A stretch of 64,000 bases of DNA from an uncultured Gemmatimonadaceae bacterium. Its GTDB lineage: Bacteria > Gemmatimonadota > Gemmatimonadetes > Gemmatimonadales > Gemmatimonadaceae. Positions 22,685 through 32,558 of the stretch are shown in pieces. The stretch is from contig CAWGJO010000037.1 of assembly GCA_963822945.1 (NCBI GenBank), forward strand, positions 1-64,000. Direction: 5' to 3'. The notes below the pieces were generated by a model, which worked only from the letters and a program-made list of their open reading frames with translations, was not told the origin of the DNA and ran no database searches. Both the position numbers and the translations under genes were made by a program. How positions within the stretch are numbered: position 1 is the stretch's first letter; each line of letters opens with the position of its first letter.

Positions 22685-22975
22685 CGCAGGGCCGATACGA
22701 CGCAGGGCCGGTACAGCGTAACCACGCTACGACGCAGGGCCGAGACTACGCAGGGCCGGTACGGCGCAGGACCGAAACGGCGCAGGACCGAAACGGCGCA
22801 GGACCGGTCAGGCGGGGAATCGGATCCGGGCCTTCGGCCCCCAAACGGCGAATGGATGATGAAGCGTCGCCCGCCCCATCATCCATTCGCTTTTTGCGTG
22901 CTTCCCTTTCCCCGCAGTATCGGCCCTGCGTAGTATCGGCCCTGCGTGGTATCGGCCCTGCGCTGTATCGCCGTG
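22685..22975. repeat. Structured intergenic element, copy A
   Basis: Left arm of about six CGCAGG(G/A)CCG(A/G)(T/A)AC.. 16-mers, a ~100-bp hairpin core, and inverted 16-mers (GTATCGGCCCTGCG) on the right. Confidence 0.85.
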
Positions 22976-22982
22976 TCGTCGC

Positions 22983-23609
22983 TCAGTAGTACCGCTGCTT
23001 CACCACGAACAACACTGCCAACACCGCATACTGCGCGAACGTGCTGATCTCGCTTTTCCATGCCTCGCCCCAGTGGTGCGGCCCCGTCTCGGGCTTGGCG
23101 GGCGGACGCGGAATCCAGCGCGGCGTGGCTCGCTTGTAGGCCAGGTACTCGGCGCCGAAGATCGATTCCAGCACGCCTTCCTCGTAGCGCACGATGAGCG
23201 TGTACTCCACGGCGAAGAGCACCACGGCCACGGGCAGGAACCAGTACACGCCCGAGATCACCACGAAGCCCATCCAGATCAGGAAGTTCCCGTTGTAGAG
23301 CGGATTGCGGGACCAGCCGAAGATGCCGTAGGTCACCAGCCGCTGCACGTCGCGCGACCGGCGGCGGGTGACGGTGCCGGCGGCGGCGACGCCGGCCAGG
23401 CGGATCGCCTCACCCACGGCCAGCAGCAGCGCACCCACGAGCCACTGCCTGGCACTCTCTCTGCCGGGCACCAGCAAGGGCACGAGCACGAAGGGCACCG
23501 GCAACCAGCCGCGGTTGCGAAATAGGACTGCCCCGATCCGGGCCATGGATCTCCGCTCGGCCGCGGAGAGGGAACTCGGGGCCGGGGGTTGATTCGTGTC
23601 AGGGGTCAT
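22983..23609 (-). CDS. Isoprenylcysteine carboxylmethyltransferase/PEMT-family membrane protein
   Basis: LVTYGIFGWSRNPLYNGN, EEGVLESIFGAEYLAY, PRWIP. Confidence 0.85.
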   Translation of the reverse strand: MTPDTNQPPAPSSLSAAERRSMARIGAVLFRNRGWLPVPFVLVPLLVPGRESARQWLVGALLLAVGEAIRLAGVAAAGTVTRRRSRDVQRLVTYGIFGWSRNPLYNGNFLIWMGFVVISGVYWFLPVAVVLFAVEYTLIVRYEEGVLESIFGAEYLAYKRATPRWIPRPPAKPETGPHHWGEAWKSEISTFAQYAVLAVLFVVKQRYY

Positions 23610-23783
23610 GAGCGAGGATAATCTAACTCCCGGCGGCGCCCCTACGGCAAATGCGGCGGCGTCGGGGCGGGCGCCGGGTGTCGCGCGCTGGGGTGGGCGT
23701 TGCCTGCGCCGGCGCCGAGTGTCGCAAGCTGGGCGGGCGTCGCCTACACTGGCCGTGAGTATCGCGCGCTGGGCCGGTGTGAC

Positions 23784-24200
23784 CTACGCCGGCTGCGGCC
23801 ACATCGGCATGTCGGTCTTCCAACTGTCGGGCACCGGCACGGGCTTTCCAGACCGGTCGATGGCGACGATCACGAGATTCGCCTCCGCCACGACTTGCCC
23901 GGAAGCGAGATTTCGCGCCTCCTGCCGGATCGTGTAGCTGGTGTTCCCCACCTTGAGGATTCCCGACCGGATGGACAGGTCCTCGCCGGGGAGCGTCTGG
24001 GCGCGGTACCCGATGTCCACATGGCGGACGACCGGAAACACCGGCTGGCGCACCAGTTCGTGCGCGGTCATCCGGTGGTCGAACAGCGCCCAGCGGGCCC
24101 GTTCGAGAAAGCCGAGCATGCTGGCGTGATTCAGGTGTCCCAGCATGTCGCAGTCGGTGGGATAGATGTGGAAGACGACGTCGGGCAGCGGTTCGGTCAT
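23784..24200 (-). CDS. 4HBT-like acyl-CoA thioesterase
   Basis: DCDMLGHLNHASMLGFLERAR hot-dog-fold motif. Confidence 0.85.
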   Translation of the reverse strand: MTEPLPDVVFHIYPTDCDMLGHLNHASMLGFLERARWALFDHRMTAHELVRQPVFPVVRHVDIGYRAQTLPGEDLSIRSGILKVGNTSYTIRQEARNLASGQVVAEANLVIVAIDRSGKPVPVPDSWKTDMPMWPQPA

Positions 24201-24282
24201 CGGGGTCTCGGAGAACGGGGGACGCGTGAGCGGCGGCACCGTGCGCTAGATTGTCGGCAGTTCACCCGAAACCAGGACTGGC

Positions 24283-25461
24283 GTGGCCCAACCCGAGCCC
24301 CACACCCCGCACTTTCTGGACACTCCGGAATCGACGGCGCGGTTCCTGCGCGAGATCTCCACCGCGCGCGAACTGGCCGTCGACACCGAGGGTGCGAGCT
24401 TCCACCGCTTCGTGGATCGAATCTACCTCCTGCAGATCTCGACGCGCGACCGGTCGGCGATCATCGACCCGCTGGCGGTGCCGCAGCTGGACGGCCTCGG
24501 CGCGCTGATGGAGCGCGAGGACGTGGAGGTCGTCTTCCACGACGCCGACTACGATCTGCGGCTGCTGCGCCAGGACTATGGCTGGGAAGTGGTGCGCGTG
24601 TTCGACACGCGCGTGGCCGCGCAGCTCCTGGGCATCCGGGCGTTCGGACTGGCGGCGCTGCTCGATCGCTACTTCGGCGTGAAGCTGGAGAAGAAGTACC
24701 AGCGGGCCGACTGGTCGCTGCGCCCGCTCACCCAGGGCATGCTCGACTACGCGGCGCAGGACACGATGCACCTGCTCGACCTGCGCGACCGGATGCGCGA
24801 CGATCTCGAACGCGCCGGCCGGCTGGCGTGGGCCGAGGAGGAATTCGCGATCGTGCAGAACGTGCGATGGGCGCCGGACGAGGCCGGGCTGGCCTTCCTC
24901 CGTATCAAGGGCACGCGCGACCTCAACCGCCGGGAGCTGGCGGTGTTCCGGGAACTCGTGCACTGGCGCGACGGCGTGGCGGCGGAACTCGATCGCGCCA
25001 CGTTCCGCGTGGTCGGCAACGAGCCCCTGCTCGAACTCGCCCGCCGCCGGCCCACCGCGCGCCAGGAGTTGAGCCACGTGAAGGGCATGCCCCGCGGCAT
25101 CATCGAGCAGCGCGGCGGCGAGATCCTCGAAGCGATCGCGCGCGGCCAGGCGGTGCCCGAGGCCGAGTTGCCGCGCTTCCCCAAGGCCCGCCGCTGGGAG
25201 CGCGACCCCGACTTCGACGTCCGCGTGTCGGCGCTCAAGACGGCACGCGACGCCGTGGCCCAGCGGCTGGACATGGACCCCGGGGTGGTGTGCGCCAAGG
25301 ATCGCATCGAGGCGGTGGCGCGGCGCAATCCGCTCACGCAGGCGGAGCTGGAAGAGGTGACGGAACTTCGACGGTGGCAGTGCGAAGTGCTGGGCGAGGC
25401 GTATCTGGCGGCGCTGAAGCCGCACCGGAAGGCGGGAGAGGAGTCGCCATACAAAGACTAG
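24283..25461 (+). CDS. rnd: Ribonuclease D with HRDC domain
   Basis: AVDTE, VFHDADYD, FDT, ADWSLRPL, YAAQD (DEDDy), HRDC segment WRDGVA..LDR. Confidence 0.9.
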   Translation: MAQPEPHTPHFLDTPESTARFLREISTARELAVDTEGASFHRFVDRIYLLQISTRDRSAIIDPLAVPQLDGLGALMEREDVEVVFHDADYDLRLLRQDYGWEVVRVFDTRVAAQLLGIRAFGLAALLDRYFGVKLEKKYQRADWSLRPLTQGMLDYAAQDTMHLLDLRDRMRDDLERAGRLAWAEEEFAIVQNVRWAPDEAGLAFLRIKGTRDLNRRELAVFRELVHWRDGVAAELDRATFRVVGNEPLLELARRRPTARQELSHVKGMPRGIIEQRGGEILEAIARGQAVPEAELPRFPKARRWERDPDFDVRVSALKTARDAVAQRLDMDPGVVCAKDRIEAVARRNPLTQAELEEVTELRRWQCEVLGEAYLAALKPHRKAGEESPYKD

Positions 25462-25480
25462 AAACGGCGATAACTGAGCA

Positions 25481-25740
25481 ACGGCGCAGGACCGATACTA
25501 CGCAGGACCGGTACGGCGCAGGGCCGATACCACGCAATGCCGATACGGCGGAAAAAAGGAAGCACGCAAACAGCGAATGGGTGATGAAGCGTCCGTACGC
25601 CTCATCACCCATTCGCGGTTTCTGGCCGAAGGCCACACCGAATCCCCGCTGCACCGTTGTTGCGTCGTTGCGGTCCTGCGTAGTATCGGCCCTGCGCCGT
25701 CTCGGTCCTGCGTAGTTTCGGCCCTGCGCCGTTACTCGGT
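25481..25740. repeat. Structured intergenic element, copy B (core inverted relative to copy A)
   Basis: Same 16-mer arms; core is the reverse complement of the copy A core, with compensatory stem changes. Confidence 0.85.
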
Positions 25741-25749
25741 TCCCGCTTC

Positions 25750-26145
25750 TTATAGGCCCATGTACGCCCTGACTCTCGGCTCGATCCGCTCCGGGGTCCA
25801 GTACGGTTCCCACACCAGATTCATCAGCACGTCCTCCACGCCCGGCATGTTGCGCACCGTGCGCTCCACGTCGTTCATGATCTGCGGGCCGGCCGGACAT
25901 CCCGGCGAGGTGAGGGTCATGTTGATCACCACCGTGCGGTCTTCCACCAACACGTCGTAGACCAGCCCCAGATCCATGATGTTCAGATTCAACTCGGGGT
26001 CCTTCACCTTGCGAAGGGCGAGCTTGATCTGCTCGGTGTTCAGGGCGCCGGTCGGGTCGGCGGGTACTGGTGGCGCGGCGGGAGTGGCGGGTGCGGCGGG
26101 ATCGTTGGAAGGTGCTGGCGCTTCGGTTCGCGGCTCGTCGGTCAT
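25750..26145 (-). CDS. DUF59/SufT-like metal-sulfur cluster assembly factor
   Basis: VKDPELNLNIMDLGLVY, TLTSPGCP, VWEPYW. Confidence 0.9.
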   Translation of the reverse strand: MTDEPRTEAPAPSNDPAAPATPAAPPVPADPTGALNTEQIKLALRKVKDPELNLNIMDLGLVYDVLVEDRTVVINMTLTSPGCPAGPQIMNDVERTVRNMPGVEDVLMNLVWEPYWTPERIEPRVRAYMGL

Positions 26146-26203
26146 GGTCGCAACATTATCGAATCGAGTGCGAGGGGGAAGCGGGGGGTGGAAACCCGAG
26201 CCG

Positions 26204-27529
26204 TCAGCCGCCCTTCTTGCGGGTGGACAGCGGCTTGGCCGTCGTCTTGCGGTGGGTTGCCTTGTGCCGCGTGCGGCGCGGCACGTGGTTCCAGCCGAGT
26301 TGCCGGTCGGTGCGCCACCCCGCCGGCATCGCGATCGGCGCGTCGGGATCGTCCTCGACCGCGAGCACCGCCGCGTCGGCCAGATCGGCGCGCACGTCGG
26401 CGATGGCCGTCATGCTGTAGCGGACCTTCGGATCGTACACCCGGTTGGTGAGCAGGATGACGAACATCTGCCGGTCGGGATCGATCCAGATGGACGTGCC
26501 GGTGAAGCCGGTGTGGCCGTAGGCGCTGCTGCCCATGAACTGTCCGCACCCGCCGTCGCCGTTGCAGGTGTCCCACCCCAGCGCGCGGGTGCCCGCGTGC
26601 GGCGCGCGGGTCGTGAACAGCTTCACCGTGCTGTCGGCCACGATGCGCACGCCGTTGAAGGTGCCGCCGTTCAGCATCATCTGCGCGAAGATGGCCAGGT
26701 CGGACGCCGAGCTGAACAGCCCGGCGTGTCCGGCCACGCCGCCCAGCGCGTAGGCGTTGTCGTCGTCCACCTCGCCCTGCAGCGGATGGCCGCGCCGCGA
26801 CCAGGACTCGGTGGGCGCGATGCGCCCGTCGAGCGATGGGTCGGGGCGGAACTCCGTGTCGTGCATGCCGAGCGGCTCGAAGACGTGCTCGGCCACGAAC
26901 TGGTCGAGCGGTTCGCCGCTGATGCGCTCGACGATGAAGCCGAGCATGTCGGCGCCGAGGTCCGAATACTCGAACAGCGCGTCCGGGCGGTAGTACAGGT
27001 GCGTGGCGATCACCTGCTCGCGTGCCTCGGCCGTGGAATGCGCCGTCTTCCAGAGGTTGCGGCCCGGCGGGAGCCCCGACCGGTGTTCGAGCAGCATGCG
27101 GATGGTGACGCGCGCCTTGAGGCCGCCCTTGAACTCCGGGATGTACTTCTGGACCGGGTCGTCGAGGCCGATCTTCCCCTGATCGTACAGCACCATGATC
27201 GCCGTGGTGGTGGCGATCACCTTGGTGAGCGAGGCCAGGTCGTAGATCGTGCGGTCGGGCTCCACCGGGGCGCTGTTCCGGCCCCAGGAGAGGTGGCCGA
27301 ACCCCTCCTCGAGCACCGCGTACCCCTGGCGCCCGACGAAGACGGACGCTCCCGGGTAGGCGCCGGCGCGGATGCCGCTGTTCACCACCTCGTCGATCGC
27401 GCTGAGCCGCCGGGCCGACATTCCGACGTCGCTGGGCAGCGCCGGCGGGAGCCCCTCGCCGGGCGTGCGCAACGCCCCGGGATTCCCGGCGGCAAGGCTG
27501 AGGGCAGCGAACACCGAGGTCAGGAGCAC
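26204..27529 (-). CDS. Serine hydrolase, beta-lactamase class C-like (start uncertain)
   Basis: SLTK (SxxK), LLEHRSGL, YSD, GHAGLFS, GHTGFTG. Confidence 0.88.
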   Translation of the reverse strand: MLLTSVFAALSLAAGNPGALRTPGEGLPPALPSDVGMSARRLSAIDEVVNSGIRAGAYPGASVFVGRQGYAVLEEGFGHLSWGRNSAPVEPDRTIYDLASLTKVIATTTAIMVLYDQGKIGLDDPVQKYIPEFKGGLKARVTIRMLLEHRSGLPPGRNLWKTAHSTAEAREQVIATHLYYRPDALFEYSDLGADMLGFIVERISGEPLDQFVAEHVFEPLGMHDTEFRPDPSLDGRIAPTESWSRRGHPLQGEVDDDNAYALGGVAGHAGLFSSASDLAIFAQMMLNGGTFNGVRIVADSTVKLFTTRAPHAGTRALGWDTCNGDGGCGQFMGSSAYGHTGFTGTSIWIDPDRQMFVILLTNRVYDPKVRYSMTAIADVRADLADAAVLAVEDDPDAPIAMPAGWRTDRQLGWNHVPRRTRHKATHRKTTAKPLSTRKKGG

Positions 27530-27759
27530 CAGACGGTGGGGAGTGTGGTGAAGAGTGTGGGGCGAGGCGGGCGAGACGCACCCGAACCCCGGAAATGCGG
27601 AGTTCGGGCGGCCGCACAAAGTGCCTCGGCGTAGCGAAACGAGCAAGAGGCAGTGAGCGTCACGCGAACCCCCCGGTCAAAACATATGGTCACCCCGCCC
27701 GATGGCGTCCGGGCCAGTAAACCCTTTTCATACGGGGGGCTGACCAATTCCACGAACTC

Positions 27760-28335
27760 ATGAGCGAAGAGCAACTCACCATCCGACGGGCCGTCCAGGG
27801 CGATGAAACGGCGATGCGGGCGTTGTGGAGCCGGCACGCGCCGCACATCGACATGGTCGTCCGCCGCCTGGTGGGGCCGGATACCGACACGGCGCAGGAC
27901 ATCGCGCAGGAGGTCTGGATCCAGATCTTCCGCGCCCTGCCCACGTACCGCGGCGATTCCAAGTTCGCCACCTGGGCGCACCGCATCGCCGTGAATCGCA
28001 CACTCAACGCGCTGCGTCGCACCCGCCGGCTCGCCAAGCTCGAAGTTGACGTGGATACGGAGACCATCGCAGTGACGCCCGACACGGACGGGTCGTTCGT
28101 CCTGGCGTCCATCGAGCAGGCGGCGGCGCAGTTGTCGCCGGGCGCACGCACGGTGTTCCTGCTGCACGATGTCGAGGGATATACGCACGAAGAGATCGCC
28201 GCCGAGCTCGGCATCACGGCCGGCGGATCGAAATCGCAGTTGTTCAAGGCGCGGGCCAAACTCCGCAGGCTGCTCGCGCATCTGGTCGAGGTACCCGAAC
28301 ACATGGAAGTGGAACATGTCGCACCTGTCTCCTGA
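27760..28335 (+). CDS. ECF RNA polymerase sigma factor
   Basis: DIAQEVW, FATWAHRIAVN, LHDVEGYTHEEIA, SKSQLFKAR. Confidence 0.93.
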   Translation: MSEEQLTIRRAVQGDETAMRALWSRHAPHIDMVVRRLVGPDTDTAQDIAQEVWIQIFRALPTYRGDSKFATWAHRIAVNRTLNALRRTRRLAKLEVDVDTETIAVTPDTDGSFVLASIEQAAAQLSPGARTVFLLHDVEGYTHEEIAAELGITAGGSKSQLFKARAKLRRLLAHLVEVPEHMEVEHVAPVS

Positions 28336-29032
28336 ACGACTTGCCGCGCTGGCCGATGCAGAGCCCACGGCCCCCGAACTCGCGCACCTGAGCGCGTGTC
28401 CGGCGTGCGCCGCCGAACGCGAGGCCCAGCGCGCGCTGCTCGGGCTGGCGGCGGCAGAGCGCGCCAGCATCGGGCTGCCGCTCACCCGCTGGGAATCGCT
28501 GTCGCCGGCGCTGTACGACGCGGGGCTCACCACGCAGGGTTCCGGGGCACGCCGGCCGGCGCGCAGCCGCGGCGGACGCGTCTGGCTGCAGGCGGCGGCG
28601 GCGGTGTTGTTCGTCGCCGGCGGCACGATGTTCGGACGGTACACGGCCGGCGCCGCCCCGCTCCCGGGGTTCACCGCCGGCGTTGCGCAGGTCTCGCCGG
28701 CCACCGATACCATGGCCAGCATCCCCGTCACCTTCCACGACGTGAACCAGGCCCGCGCCGCGCGTACGCGCGCCCAGTCCATCTACCAGAACGCCTCGGC
28801 GTTCCTGGCGCAGTATGACACGGCCGCCGCCGGCACCGAGAGCCCGTCGGCAATGCGCACGCGGCTCGCGGCGCTCGACCAGGTGTCGACCGCGATGCGG
28901 CAGGCGCTCAACGATGCTCCCTACGATCCGGTCATCAACGACTACTACCTCACCACGCTCGGCCAGCGCGAAGCCACGCTGCGCCAGTTGAACACCGCGC
29001 TGCCCGTCGGGCTGCGGGTCAACAGCTTCTGA
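28316..29032 (+). CDS. Putative zinc-finger anti-sigma factor
   Basis: HLSACPAC (HxxxCxxC), one transmembrane segment, overlaps the sigma gene. Confidence 0.7.
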   Translation: MSHLSPERLAALADAEPTAPELAHLSACPACAAEREAQRALLGLAAAERASIGLPLTRWESLSPALYDAGLTTQGSGARRPARSRGGRVWLQAAAAVLFVAGGTMFGRYTAGAAPLPGFTAGVAQVSPATDTMASIPVTFHDVNQARAARTRAQSIYQNASAFLAQYDTAAAGTESPSAMRTRLAALDQVSTAMRQALNDAPYDPVINDYYLTTLGQREATLRQLNTALPVGLRVNSF

Positions 29033-30220
29033 TGCCTGCCATGCTGAACACGATGTACTACTCGATGAAGAAACCCGGCCGCGCGATGGCGCTTGCCCTC
29101 GCCCTGGCGCCGCTGGGGGCCGCCTCGGCGCGCGCCCAGCAGAACCAGCACACGGTTCAGGGTGCGTACGCAGGTGTGCGCCAACAGCCAGTGCCTCGAC
29201 GACACGACGCGCGTGATCGTCTCGCGGTTGATGGACCGAATCGATTCCCTGCAGCACATCTTTCTCGGGCAGCCCATCGCACCCGAGCAGCGCGACAGCA
29301 TGAAGCAGGAACTCGCGGACATGCTCCGGCACCTGAGCGATCTGCAAAGCAAAGCGGTGGTGTTCGGGCTGCAGCAGGCCGAGGAGGGCATGCGCCAGGC
29401 GATGGCCGACCAGGATCCCCGCATCGCCACCTTCCAGGTGGCCCCCCGGATTCCGGACGATGCCGCGCCCAAGGGATGGATCGGCATCACGTTCGTCGGC
29501 GCGCCGGTGGAAGAGGTGCGCGACGGCGAGTACTACGTGCGCTTTCTCGACTACCCCGAGGTGGAATCGGTGGAGCCGGCGTCGCCCGCCGAGCGGGCGG
29601 GAATCCTGCACGGCGACCTGCTGCTGGCCTTCAACGGACAGGACGTGACCACGCGCGCGATCTCGATGACGCGCCTGCTGCGTCCCGATCACAAGATCGT
29701 GGTGCGGCTCGAGCGAAACGGGCGGCCCCACGACTACTCGCTGGTCGTCGTGCGCGCGCCGCAGAGCTACGCGTCGCGCATGGGCGACTTCACGGCGCCC
29801 AGGGCGCCGGCCGCCGTGCCCGCGGCGCCGGCCACCCCTGAACCCGCTCGCGCACCACGTGTCGTGTTCTACGGCACGCCGGCGCCACCCGCGGCCGTGG
29901 CACCCGCGGGGTCGGGCTTCAGCTTCAACTTCGACGGTGGAGTGGCGGGTGCGGAGTTGAGCACCATCAATTCGGATCTCGCCCGGAATCTCAATCTCGG
30001 CGTGGACCACGGGGTGATCGTCCTCAAGGCGCCGGAGGGTACGCCGGCGGCCCGTTCGGGGCTGAGGGCCGGCGACATCATCGTGCAGGCGGCGGGGCAG
30101 GACGTGGGGTCGGTGCGTGACTTCCGGCGCGTCCTCGAGCGACACAGCGCCGATGCGAGCGTGGACCTGCAGGTGGTCCGCGACAAGCACACCCGCACCA
30201 TCAAGTTCAAGAACGACTGA
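29032..30220 (+). CDS. Exported two-PDZ-domain protein (frameshift near 29160)
   Basis: Signal peptide; GWIGI..VEPASPAERAGI..GD and GTPAARSGLRAGDII PDZ motifs. Confidence 0.78.
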
Positions 30221-30237
30221 CCGCCGCCTGAGCGGCG

Positions 30238-30822
30238 TTACTCGCGGCCCTCCACGTCGAACAGCGCGCGGAGGGCCGCGCTGTCTTGGGCCGCCAGCGC
30301 GCGCACGTGCACCACGGGCGACATGATGCTGCGGGCGTCGTCGGTGTGGGCGAGCCCCAGCAGGTGCCCCACCTCGTGCATCGCCAGCGCGCGCATCGCG
30401 TCGCCCGTCACCGGGCGACCGTCGGGGTGTCGCACGGCAAGGGTCACCGACGCGTCGAGCACCCGGCCGGCGGCGTCGCGCACCACGCGCGCGCGCCCGG
30501 TCATCGGCTCCTCGAAGCGCTCGCGCCAACCCACGTGCACGGGCGCGTCGGCCGAGTCGTCGGTGAAGTAGAAGTGGACCGACGGCACGATGCCGTTCCA
30601 CGCGGCGAAGGCGCGCTGCACCTGTGTGGTGTCGTCCGGGCGCCAGCCATCGAGATCGGCGTGCGGCTGAATCCAGACGTAGATCGCGCCGAGGTCCGGC
30701 GCTGGCGAGGGGAGTGGGGGTGGGGGGGCCGGTGCGGGTCCCGGTCTCACCGCGCGCGCCAGGCCCGCGCCACCGAGGGCGAGGAGGGCGAGCGCGAGCG
30801 AGGTACGGACGGTCCGGGTCAC
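30238..30822 (-). CDS. Matrixin-family metalloprotease
   Basis: HEVGHLLGLAH, SIM Met-turn, signal peptide. Confidence 0.85.
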   Translation of the reverse strand: MTRTVRTSLALALLALGGAGLARAVRPGPAPAPPPPLPSPAPDLGAIYVWIQPHADLDGWRPDDTTQVQRAFAAWNGIVPSVHFYFTDDSADAPVHVGWRERFEEPMTGRARVVRDAAGRVLDASVTLAVRHPDGRPVTGDAMRALAMHEVGHLLGLAHTDDARSIMSPVVHVRALAAQDSAALRALFDVEGRE

Positions 30823-30829
30823 GCTGCAG

Positions 30830-31729
30830 TTACGCGAGAAACTCCGAAATGGCTGCGAAGAACTCCGCCGGCGCCTCCCAGAACGGAAAGTGGCCGCTGT
30901 GCGGCAGCAGCACCCGGCGGGCGCGCGGAATCGTGACCGCCAATTCTTCGGCTACCGCGGGCGACAGCGCGTCGCCGTCGCCGTGCAGCACGAGGGTCGG
31001 CGCCTGGATGGCACGCACCCGCTCGCGCCAGTCGTACCCGTCGCGGCGCAACCGCGCGAGCGCGGCGGTGCCGGTGGGGCTCGCCACCTTCGGCATGGGG
31101 AAGGTGGCCGCGAACGCCCGGTCCACGAACCACGCCTCGTACGAGGCGCGCAGGTGCGCCAGGTGTACGTCGGGGTCGGGCTCGCCGAGCATCGCATCGG
31201 TGATTCCCGACAGCACCGCCCGGTCGGCGTCGTTGGCACGGGCCAGCGCTTGGGCGCGCAGCGGCGCCATCCATGAACTCGTCGGGCCCACCGAGTCCGC
31301 CAGCACCAGACGGCGTACCCCGGCCGGATCCTGCGACGCCGCGAGCATTGCGACGCCGCCTCCCCACGAATGCCCCAGCACGTCCCACTGCCTGAGCCCG
31401 AGGGCGCGCCGCAGCGCCGGAACGTCGGCCGCATCGTCTTCGATGCGCGACGCCGACGGATCGGCCGGAGCCTCCGATTCACCGCGGCCCCGCTGGTCGT
31501 AGAGAATCAACTGGCGGTGCTGAGCCAGCGGCGAGAGCGCGGGCCAGAGCATGGCGTGATCCACGATCAGCCCGCCGTTCACGCACAGCAGCGGAGGCGC
31601 GCCGTCCACCGGCGGCGAGGTGAACACCGCGAACGCCAGTCCGCGCGCACGCACCGTCTGGCGTTCCAGATGGGGCGCGCGGGGAATGGTGCGGCGAAAG
31701 GCGAAGAAGCGTTGGCGGGCAGACGTCAC
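30830..31729 (-). CDS. Alpha/beta hydrolase, proline iminopeptidase-like
   Basis: YDQRGRG, GHSWGG, HGDGD, SGHFP. Confidence 0.88.
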   Translation of the reverse strand: MTSARQRFFAFRRTIPRAPHLERQTVRARGLAFAVFTSPPVDGAPPLLCVNGGLIVDHAMLWPALSPLAQHRQLILYDQRGRGESEAPADPSASRIEDDAADVPALRRALGLRQWDVLGHSWGGGVAMLAASQDPAGVRRLVLADSVGPTSSWMAPLRAQALARANDADRAVLSGITDAMLGEPDPDVHLAHLRASYEAWFVDRAFAATFPMPKVASPTGTAALARLRRDGYDWRERVRAIQAPTLVLHGDGDALSPAVAEELAVTIPRARRVLLPHSGHFPFWEAPAEFFAAISEFLA

Positions 31730-31817
31730 GCCGCGAAAGCTATCGCGGCGGCTCCCGCACGGCGGCCAGACGAACTTCCCTAGGCTGGACCGCCGGCGGT
31801 GCCCATGTCAAGGCAGG

Positions 31818-32558
31818 TCAGATTCCGAAGTTGACGAACTGCCCGAATCCCGCGAAGAAGTGCGACAGGATGGTGAAGCGGCCGGTGAACAGCAGCACGC
31901 CGAGTACCACCATCAACGTGCCGGCGGTGAGTTCGATGGGCCGCAGCCAGCGCCGGAGCCGCTGCGCGCCGGCCAGGTACCAGTTGAATGCCACGGCGGC
32001 CACGAAGAACGGCACGCCGAGCCCCAGCGCGTACGCCCCGAGCAGCAGCATGCCGCGCACCATGGTGGTCGTGGTGCCGGCGTACAACAGGATCGAGGCG
32101 AGCACCGGCCCCACGCACGGCGTCCACCCCGCGCCGAACGCCACGCCCACGAGCACCGAGCCCACCAGCCCGGCAGGCTTGGACGAGAGCTGCACCCGAC
32201 GCTCCCGCATGAGCGCCGGCAGCTTGAGAACGCCCACCATGTACAGGCCGAACAGCGCGATCACCACGCCGCCGAGTTGCTGCAGCAGCGGCAGCGAACG
32301 GCGCAGCGTGGCCCCGATGGCAGTGGCGCCGGCGCCGAGCGCCACGAACAGCAGCGTGAATCCGAAGATGAACAGCGCCGCGTGCAGTGCCGCGCGCCGG
32401 CGGGCGGCGTCGCGTCCCTTGGCCCCAAGTTCATCCAGCGTCATGCCGGTGATGAAGGTGACGTAACTGGGCACCAGCGGCAGCACGCACGGCGAGGCGA
32501 ACGAGACCAGCCCCGCCGCGAAGGCCAGCCCCAGTGACACGGTGGCGGCGTCGCTCAT
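31818..32558 (-). CDS. ccdA: Cytochrome c biogenesis protein CcdA
   Basis: SPCVLPLVP and GWTPCVGPVL. Confidence 0.92.
   Translation of the reverse strand: MSDAATVSLGLAFAAGLVSFASPCVLPLVPSYVTFITGMTLDELGAKGRDAARRRAALHAALFIFGFTLLFVALGAGATAIGATLRRSLPLLQQLGGVVIALFGLYMVGVLKLPALMRERRVQLSSKPAGLVGSVLVGVAFGAGWTPCVGPVLASILLYAGTTTTMVRGMLLLGAYALGLGVPFFVAAVAFNWYLAGAQRLRRWLRPIELTAGTLMVVLGVLLFTGRFTILSHFFAGFGQFVNFGI

Noticed and set aside
22685..22975. CRISPR array
   Set aside because: Units are ~16 bp and abut with no unique spacers, they occur as inverted arms, and no cas genes are present
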